This document shows positions 56,091-64,000 of a stretch of 64,000 bases of DNA, piece after piece. The notes under the pieces are model-generated. The model did no database searches and was not told the origin of the DNA. It saw nothing but the letters and a program-made list of their open reading frames with translations. Made by a program: the position numbers and the translations under genes. This DNA is from Octopus vulgaris (Eukaryota), in assembly GCA_951406725.2 (NCBI GenBank), contig OX597837.1, forward strand, positions 40,982,001-41,046,000, given 5' to 3'. Position 1 is the first letter of the stretch. The number at the start of each line of letters is the position of its first letter.

Positions 56091-56927
56091 TCCAATATGA
56101 CCACCCCGTCATTTTGTATATACAGGTTTTCATTGACCAAATTTTTATTTTTTCAACCTGACATTTTCTATATGAAGGATTTCATTATCCAATGTGTCTG
56201 AAAATTCCTGACTTTATTTCTGTTTTCCTTCTGGCTGTGGAATATTTAAGTTATTCGAAATTTCATTGCTATTTCTCTCAAGTTATTTCATGTAGGATTT
56301 GTATCGTTGTCTCGCAGTTCAAATGTGCTGATATTCGAAGGAAGGTGAGTCGAACAAAGCGGACCAAACCACGAGAGGTGTGACAGAATTTATTGAAATG
56401 CTTTTCAGCAAATTCGTAAAAACGGCTGAAAGCCAGCTGTGAACTGTTTGTTTATTTATTGAAGACAGTAAATAACAAATAAATACTATAAGAAAAACGC
56501 AAAAAAAAATCAAAATCAAATAAAATACCGGAAAACAGTTTAGTTTTCAGATGTTCAGTGGTTATATATTGAAAGGATGAGTGTCGAGGAGGTGTTTTGT
56601 AAGCATGCTTAATCTGATTAGATGACAGAGGTGTTTTAGCATGGTATCATTGAAGGTTTCCCGAAGCAGTGATGTATGAGGCCGCGCACATCAAAGGGCC
56701 GCAATAAAAGGTGTAATTTAAAGAATGGTTTGCTCAATGAGGAAATCGTGCTAGGGGGCGTTGTGTAACTAAGTGCTAAAGGGATTGATTGAGACATTAA
56801 ATATTGTTTGTATTGATTCAGTGAATTATGAGGTTTCACCTGTAACAAATGGGTTGGTACGAACCAACAAAATACGAGAGGAGTGTTTCTAGGAGGACAG
56901 CCGACCCGCTAGAAATAGCAGCAAAGA

Positions 56928-57343
56928 AGGCGGCGAGCTGGCAGAAACGTTAGCACGCCGGGCGAAATGCTTAGCGGTATTTCGTCTGTCGCTACGTTCT
57001 GAGTTCAAATTCCGCCGAAGTCGACTTTGCCTTTCATCCTCTCGGGGTCGATTAAATAAGTGCCAGTTACGCACTGGGGTCGATATAATCGACTTAATCC
57101 GTTTGTCTGTCCTTGTTTGTCCCCTCTGTGTTTAGCCCCTTGTGGGTAGTAAAAAAATTGGTATTTCGTCTGCCGCTATGTTCTGAGTTCAAATTCCGCC
57201 GCGGTCGGCTTTGCCTTTCATCGATTCGGGGTCGATAAATTAAGTAACATTTACGCACTGGGGTCGATATAATCGACTTAATCCGTTTATCTATCCTTGT
57301 TTGTCCCCTCTAAGTTTAGCCCCTTGTAGGCAATAAAGAAATA
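56928..57343 (+). mobile_element. Family-A SINE tandem dimer bounded by a single 15-bp TSD
   Basis: Head plus two bodies. Direct repeats AGAAATAGCAGCAAA (56911-56925) and AGAAATATCAGCAAA (57344-57358). Confidence 0.9.
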
Positions 57344-58139
57344 AGAAATATCAGCAAACATTTCCTTCAAATTACACCTGCGTGTCACAGGTAGGACTTG
57401 GCCGAAGACAGGTACTTAAGGGGATCGCACGACTTTGTTATGATTATCAGTAACATCAACCCCGCCAGCAAAATCATATTCTATCATATTTGACCCTTCA
57501 GAAACCAACATGTTTGAAACCCACCGCTTTGGTTTAATAGAATAAATTCCTTCTTTTAAAAATTTATCTAAATTTAAACCTAGAATCAAAATTTTATGTT
57601 TTTGTGTTAAAAACACCAGATTAACAACGACAGGTATTTTACTAAATTCTTCATTACTTATTAAATTAATTAAAACAAATATGGTTTACACAGGGCTAAA
57701 GTGATCTAAATAAAACCTTTCGTTAAAATTTCATATAATTTATGTTCCAAACGCCAGGTTAATAAAAACAAAGCAATTTTACTAAATTCTTCATTAATCT
57801 CAAAATTAAATGAAACAAGGTGATTGTATTTCAACAGAAATATGGTAACAAAAGGCTTAGAGTGATCTAAAGTAAACCCCCACCCCCGTTATGGTGAGGA
57901 GCTATCAGAAACCAAAGAAATAATTCCAGTACAGACACACGAAATACTTCTCTATAAAATTCCTTGGACCTTAATATCTGTCTCCTAAAAGGTATCTCTT
58001 TCTCTAAATCATTTGTTTATCGCGATATGGTCTGATGTCCAAGAAACGAAAATGTCCTTGAAACGAAAATCTGAGTAAGGCTCATATATTAAAAAATACA
58101 TACATATATACATACATACAAACATTCATTCATACGTGC

Positions 58140-58552
58140 AGCTCAAGTTTATACCTGTAATTATTGGGGCACTGGGATATGTGACACACTGCCAAAAGTA
58201 CCAATCATCAGAAATTATGATTCGCAAAACCAGAAAGGAGAAGGCTAATTCGAAGACTACAGATTCAATCCATCACTGGAACTATAAAAATCTGTAAAAC
58301 TTTCCAGAAGTTTATCATTTAAAAATATATGAGCATGTCTAGATATGCAAATATATGCATGAGAATATATACATAAAACAAAATATGCAAATCTTCACAT
58401 GCTCTGACTCCAAATACTGGACATATACAGACATGTAAGCAAAAATATCCTAAGGATGTTGGTGAAATTCCAATGAAGGGATCTTGGATCTAGGTTCGAA
58501 ACCGGCTATTTCTCTAGTGGTAACGAAACATGAAATTAAATGGAATAACGAC
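58140..58552 (+). mobile_element. Penelope-like terminal fragment (copy 1) with a variant hammerhead-like motif at 58464-58512
   Basis: Homologous to 61338-61595. Contains GAAATT-CCAATGA-AGGGATC...GTTC-GAAACCGGCTATTTC and ends in a TA/TATG microsatellite. Confidence 0.55.
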
Positions 58553-60717
58553 ATATATATATATATATGTATGTATGTATGTATGTATATATGTGTGTAT
58601 GTATGTATGTATATGTATGTATATATATATGTATATATATGTGTGTGTGTAAGTATATATAAAGATAGATAGTTTTATACATATACACACACACTCATAT
58701 ATACATATATATATATATATATATACACACACTTATATGTATACATATATATGTATTTATATATTTATATACGATATATATATATATGTATATATACATA
58801 TTTATATATATGTATATAAATATATAGACATATATATAAACATATATATATATATACATATTTATATATATATATATACATATACATATACATACGTATA
58901 TATATGTATATATATATATATATATATCACTGTGTGTAAGTAGAAAGATGCACACACACACACACCTACTTCACCTGGCCGAACCCATTTGGCAGCCCTA
59001 AATGAGGTATCGTCGTCGTCTCAACTGTGTGAATACACCATCAAAAACGAAGCTACTGTTATTGTTGTTCTTGGTAGAGGTGTTGTTGTTGGTGGTGGTA
59101 GTGGCGGCCAAGGCATTGTTCTAACTCGCCGTGAGACCCCCAGGTGGGGGGTAGGTATCTGATTCGAAATGAAGACACCCTAGACGTCGCTATCTGGCCA
59201 AGTCTCAAATTCGACACTTTTGCACTGATTAGTCTGCTTGTTGCTTCATAAGGACGGAACACGTGCAACAACAAGCCACACACACACACACACATACACA
59301 CACACTCATGCACACAAGCACTCACGCATACACATACACACAAGCACTCGCGCATACACACACGAACACACGTACTCACACAATTACACACCTGTAAACT
59401 GAGGGTAAAGTGGCCTCTGTCGTTGTTGGTTGTGGTGGTGGAGCCGAAGATGGTGTATGCGGTGGTGGTGGTGGTGGTGGTGGTGGTGGTGGTGGTGGTG
59501 GTGGTGGTAGTGGATGTTTCGGTTTCAATTGCGCTGGTGATGGTGGTGGTGGAGGTGGTGGTGGAGGTGATGCTGGTGGTAGTGGTGGTGGTGGTGGTGA
59601 CGGTGGTGGTGATGCTGCAGGTGGTAGTGGTGTGGTGGTGATTATGGTGGTGGAGGTGATGCTGCTGGGGGTGGTGGTGGCGGTGGTGGAGGTGATGCTG
59701 GTGGCGGTGGTGGTGGTGGTGGTGGTGGTGGCGGCGGTGGAGATGGTTATATTTCATGCCGGTGGTTGTTGTGGGTGTGGTGGTGGTGGTGGTGATGGTG
59801 ATGCTGGTGCTGGTGTCGCTGTCGGTGAGGGAGCGACCATCTGTTGATGTGGACGATAATGGTGAGCAGGCGGAGGAGGAGTAGTAGTGGTAGGAGGCAG
59901 AGGCAGAGAGGAAGGAGGAGACGTCTCAGCTTTCTCAGGCTACTTTACCTTCAAGGTTGACCCCCCTCATCACCACCACCACCATGGTCCCCCTCGATGA
60001 ACCAGTAACTACATACCTGTACCGTAGCTTCCCCCTCTCTCTCCCTCTTTCCTCTACTCTCTCTCTCTCCTTTTTCTCTCTTACCAACCTACCGCCGTCA
60101 AACTGTGTTTCCTTTGAACTCCTCCGCCAACCGCCACCTTGTGCCCTCATCCACATATTGTTCCCCATGTCAACACCGCCAGAATTCTCATCCCTCAACA
60201 ACAAACTCGACCCCTTTTTCTCACCCGCACCAAACCCCCAAATCCCTCACCCTCTCTCCCTCTCTCTCTCCCTTTCTCTCCTATTTCTGTCGCTCTCCCT
60301 TTTTTCCCTGTTATCCTTATCGTTACGACTGTCTTCTGTTGTGTTGTGGCATTGTTTCGCCATAAGGCTGACAAATAGACACACGTGCACGTATATACAC
60401 ACCTACACGCATTCATTATATTCATACATACACGTATAGAGAGAGAGTGAGAGAGAGAGAGGGACGAGAGAAAAAGAGAGAAAGGATGGGAAGACGCACA
60501 GACATATAGCTACATATACACACACATATGTCTGCGTGTGTGAATATTTATACACATACATAGATGTAGATGTATATATTATATATATATATATGAATAT
60601 ACATCCATACATACATATATAAAGTAGTGCTCCAAAATGACCGCCGCCGTATGGTTGAAACGAATAACAGAATACATCCAAGAATACATGCATACGTACA
60701 TACATACATACATACAT

Positions 60718-60748
<31 letters not shown>

Positions 60749-60824
60749 TACATACATACATACATTCATAAATACATACATAAATACATACATACATACA
60801 TACATACATACATACATACATACA

Positions 60825-60884
<60 letters not shown>

Positions 60885-61235
60885 CATACATACATACATA
60901 CATACATACATACATACATACATACATACACACATACATACATACACACATACATACATACATACATACATACATACATACATACATACATACATACATA
61001 CATACATACATACGTACATGCATACATACATACGTACATACATACATACATACACACATACAAACTGTGTACAGTTGTAAAAATCAGCTGCCCAGCTAAA
61101 GATCAGAGAAAAATAGAATACCTTCGCTGAATTATTGAGAAATTTGATTTATTTAATTTTATTTTTATTTCATCTAGTTTCAGCTCATGAGCTGTGGCCA
61201 TGCTGGGGCACCGTCATTTAAAAAGTAGCAGTCCC

Positions 61236-61308
61236 CATCCCTGGTGGGATTCGAACACACGACCTCTGGATTAGAAGTCCAGTGCGCTATCTCATGCGCT
61301 ACAGGGAC
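61236..61308 (-). tRNA. tRNA-Arg (anticodon TCT), possibly a pseudogene
   Basis: GTCCCTG-TA-GCGC(ATGAGATA)GCGC-A-CTGGA(CTTCTAA)TCCAG-AGGTC-GTGTG(TTCGAAT)CCCAC-CAGGGAT-G, a 73-nt cloverleaf. One T-stem mismatch and no GG in the D-loop. T5 Pol III terminator 11 nt downstream. Confidence 0.85.
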
Positions 61309-61337
61309 TTGCAGTTAGTTACTCTATCCAGAGTACA

Positions 61338-61595
61338 AGTTCAGGTTTATACCTGTAATTATTGGGGCACAGGGATATGTAACACACTGCCTAAATACCA
61401 ATCTTGAGAAATTAGGTTTCTCAAAACCAGAAAGGAGAAAGCTAACTCGAAGACTACAGATTCAATCCGTCACTGGAAATGTTAAAATCTGTAAAACTTT
61501 CCAAAAGTTTATCATTTAAATATATATGAGCATGTCTAGACATGCAACTATATGCATAAGAATACACACATAAAGCAAAACATACAAATCTGCAC
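61338..61595 (+). mobile_element. Second (truncated) copy of the 58140-58552 repeat
   Basis: GTTTATACCTGTAATTATTGGGGCAC.GGGATATGT...GAAGACTACAGATTCAATCC...GAGCATGTCTAGA. Confidence 0.8.
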
Positions 61596-62087
61596 ATATA
61601 CACACATACATACATACATACATACATACATACATACATACATACATACATACATACATACATACATACATACATACATTCATACACACATACACACATA
61701 CATACATACATACATACACACATACATACATACATACATACATACATACATACATACATACATACATACATACATACATACATACATACATACATACATA
61801 CATACATACATACATACATACATACACATATATATACATACATATATGCATACATACATACATACATACATACATACATACATACATACATAAATACATA
61901 CATACATACATACATACATACATACATACATACATACATACATACACATACATACATACATACACATATACATACATACATACATACATACATACATACA
62001 TACATACATACATACATACATACATACATACATACATACATACATACATACATACATACATACATACATACATACATACATACATAA

Positions 62088-63500
62088 TTGATGCAGAAAC
62101 CTTCGCTATGGCATTAGGCAAACTATAGAATGGGAAGGCACCTGGAAGGGACCTAATAATTGGATATTGATACAAGAAACTGAAATTTTATAGAAACCAA
62201 TTGATATGTATGTTCAAAAGGACTATGGCAGGTCAGCCTGATATACCACACTGGCTTGCTACAGCAAGGACAAATCTTGTTGCCAAAAATGAAATCACCG
62301 AGATGGCAGGAAACCACAAACCCATTGCTTCCCTAAACATTATATACAAACTGTACACAAGTTACCTCAACCAATTCCTCCAGGACCATTGTGACTGATG
62401 AACAGGCTGGTGGAAAGAAGAGAGTGTGGGGATGTGCCGAACAACTTTTAATAAACAAAGCTGTTCTGTCTGAAGTAAGAAAGCAACGCAGAAACCTTGT
62501 GACAGTATGGCTTGACTGTAAGAAGGCATGCGTCTCTATCCTTCATCCAAGGCTGTTGAAGTGCCTACATCTGGCAAATGTGCCTACAACCTTAATTACT
62601 GCTATAGAGAGACTGACAAAGACAAGGACAACTATTCTTGCTCTTACAACTGAGAACAGAATAATTGTTTCTGATAGTATAGGCATTTCAAATGGGATAT
62701 TCCAGGGAGATAGTTTTTCTGTACTTTTTTTCATTTCGGCACTGAATCTATTATCGTTCTTACAGTAGAAAGCAAATGGTTACATGCTAGGATCTTCAAC
62801 TGCTAGAAATATCAATAATTTAACTCATAATTTCTTTGTAGGCGGCACGGAAATTTCTGCTAAAATTGTTAACAATGCCAAAAACAACTGGAATTAATAC
62901 GAACAGTTTCAGCTGATATAAGCATGGAATTTGGTCGAAAGAAATGTTCATATTTGGTTATAGAACGAGGTAAGTCCGTCCCCAAACCCAAAACCTGTGC
63001 ATCAACCGCCTCTCTATCTCCCCCATTCCACACAAAGAATGTTACAAGTACCTAAGCACAGACGAGAATGTATCATATGAAGGCGCTGAATAAAGATAGA
63101 GTGACTCGAGATTATTGCACCAGACTTAGGAAAATATGGCAGTCGGAACTCTCCTCTTACAACAAAACAATATCCCACAATGCATTTGCAGTACCAGTGC
63201 TGAACCCAACATTTGGGATACTTGATTGGTCTGTAGAGGAAATCCATTCCATAGATATCAAAACCCGCAAAATCCTGACAACAATTGGGAACTTCCACAG
63301 AAACAGTGATGTTGACAGGCTCTACCTGAAATGAAGGTGGTAGAGGCCCGAGATCAGTGCAGATGGCCTTCGAATGCCGTATGGTTATCTCTCAGGCAGC
63401 AACTGCTAAACAACAGCAGTAAAATAAATATATAAATGCAGTACTGAAAAGTGAAGTGGACAACATTGTACGAGTTGGCAGTGAAAGTCCTGGAGTAATA
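62088..63500 (+). pseudogene. Decayed reverse-transcriptase region of an R4/Dong-like LINE
   Basis: GKAPGRDLI..., HKPIASLNIIYKLYTS, EQAGGKK..GCAEQLLI, VWLDCKKA, GIFQGDSFSVLFF, then post-RT YNKTISHNAFAVPVL..FGILDW..IDIKTRKILT..SDVDRLYL. Many stops and frameshifts. Confidence 0.9.
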
Positions 63501-63529
63501 TTTGGGATAAGACAGTCAATCATAATGGA

Positions 63530-64000
63530 GATGCGGTGTGGCTGAAGAAAGTGAAGGAAGAAATAGTGAGTGAGAAGCATCCAGATATAAGATTAATTAG
63601 TGCATTAATGAGTAAAGTGTTAGGAAAAAATGCTGAATTGGAAGGGTCCAAAACCAGATTTAGTTCAAGGGCACTGGCTAAAGAAATTCAGTAGTTTACA
63701 TGGGAGATTGAGGGAACAACTTCAGGATTGCCTTAATGGAGGAATAATACCAGATTGGATGAATAGAGGGATGACAATACTCATTATGAAGATAAGTGCA
63801 AGGGTAACACAGCTAGTAACTATAGACCAATTACTTGCTTACCATTGGTGTGGAAGCTGTTGACAGGAATGCTTTCAGGAAGCATTTACAAACACCTTGA
63901 CAACCAGAAGTTACTACCAGAGAAACAGGAAGAAGGCTAGAAGAACGTATGATCTATTGTGTATAGACAAAGCAGTTCTAAAGGAAGTAAAAGCTAGAAA
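63530..64000 (+). pseudogene. Second, different R4/Dong-like RT fragment (N-terminal RT region, runs off the window)
   Basis: NWKGPKPDLVQGHWLKKF...PDWMNRGMTILIMK, then after a frameshift NYRPITCLPLVWKLLTG. Confidence 0.85.

Larger units (their letters stand above)
60685..62085. repeat. Two long (TACA)n tracts (60685-61062 and 61595-62085)
   Basis: Direct inspection. Confidence 0.95.

Noticed and set aside
56100-56900. Non-microsatellite segment with short ORFs
   Set aside because: No recognisable domain or splice structure and stops interrupt the reading frames. Probably an old repeat; left unannotated.
57480-57870. Partially duplicated AT-rich segment, possibly a piggyBac-like MITE
   Set aside because: TTAA/TIR ends are too degraded to support a call.
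62088-64000. RT motifs as a possible active or domesticated reverse transcriptase system
   Set aside because: Multiple stops and frameshifts, and the catalytic YxDD is not recognisable. These are ordinary dead LINE fragments.

Overview
Eukaryotic, AT-rich, repeat-saturated sequence with no intact protein-coding gene that I can support. The repeat landscape (tRNA-derived SINEs plus very large TA/TACA/TAA/GATA microsatellites) suggests an octopus/cephalopod genome; this is an inference from repeat content. Nearly all ORFs in the supplied track are microsatellite translations. Supported content: (1) many tRNA-derived SINE copies from about four families, some as tandem multimers; (2) decayed restriction-like-endonuclease LINE fragments (R4/Dong-like, HERO-like), plus L1/Tx1 and RTE remnants; (3) three mariner relics, Tc1/pogo-like and hAT-like MITEs, and a non-autonomous Helitron; (4) one tRNA-Arg(TCT) gene or pseudogene; (5) the most notable signal, a dense set of minimal type-I hammerhead ribozyme (HHR) motifs, 5-6 with canonical cores and several variant or degenerate ones. 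The HHRs sit in short AT-rich islands between (TA)n tracts, typical of Penelope-like element termini or retrozymes. They include a near-perfect 329-bp palindrome at 26712-27040 carrying an identical hammerhead on each strand. Boundaries of degraded elements are approximate and family names come from motif recognition, not database searches.
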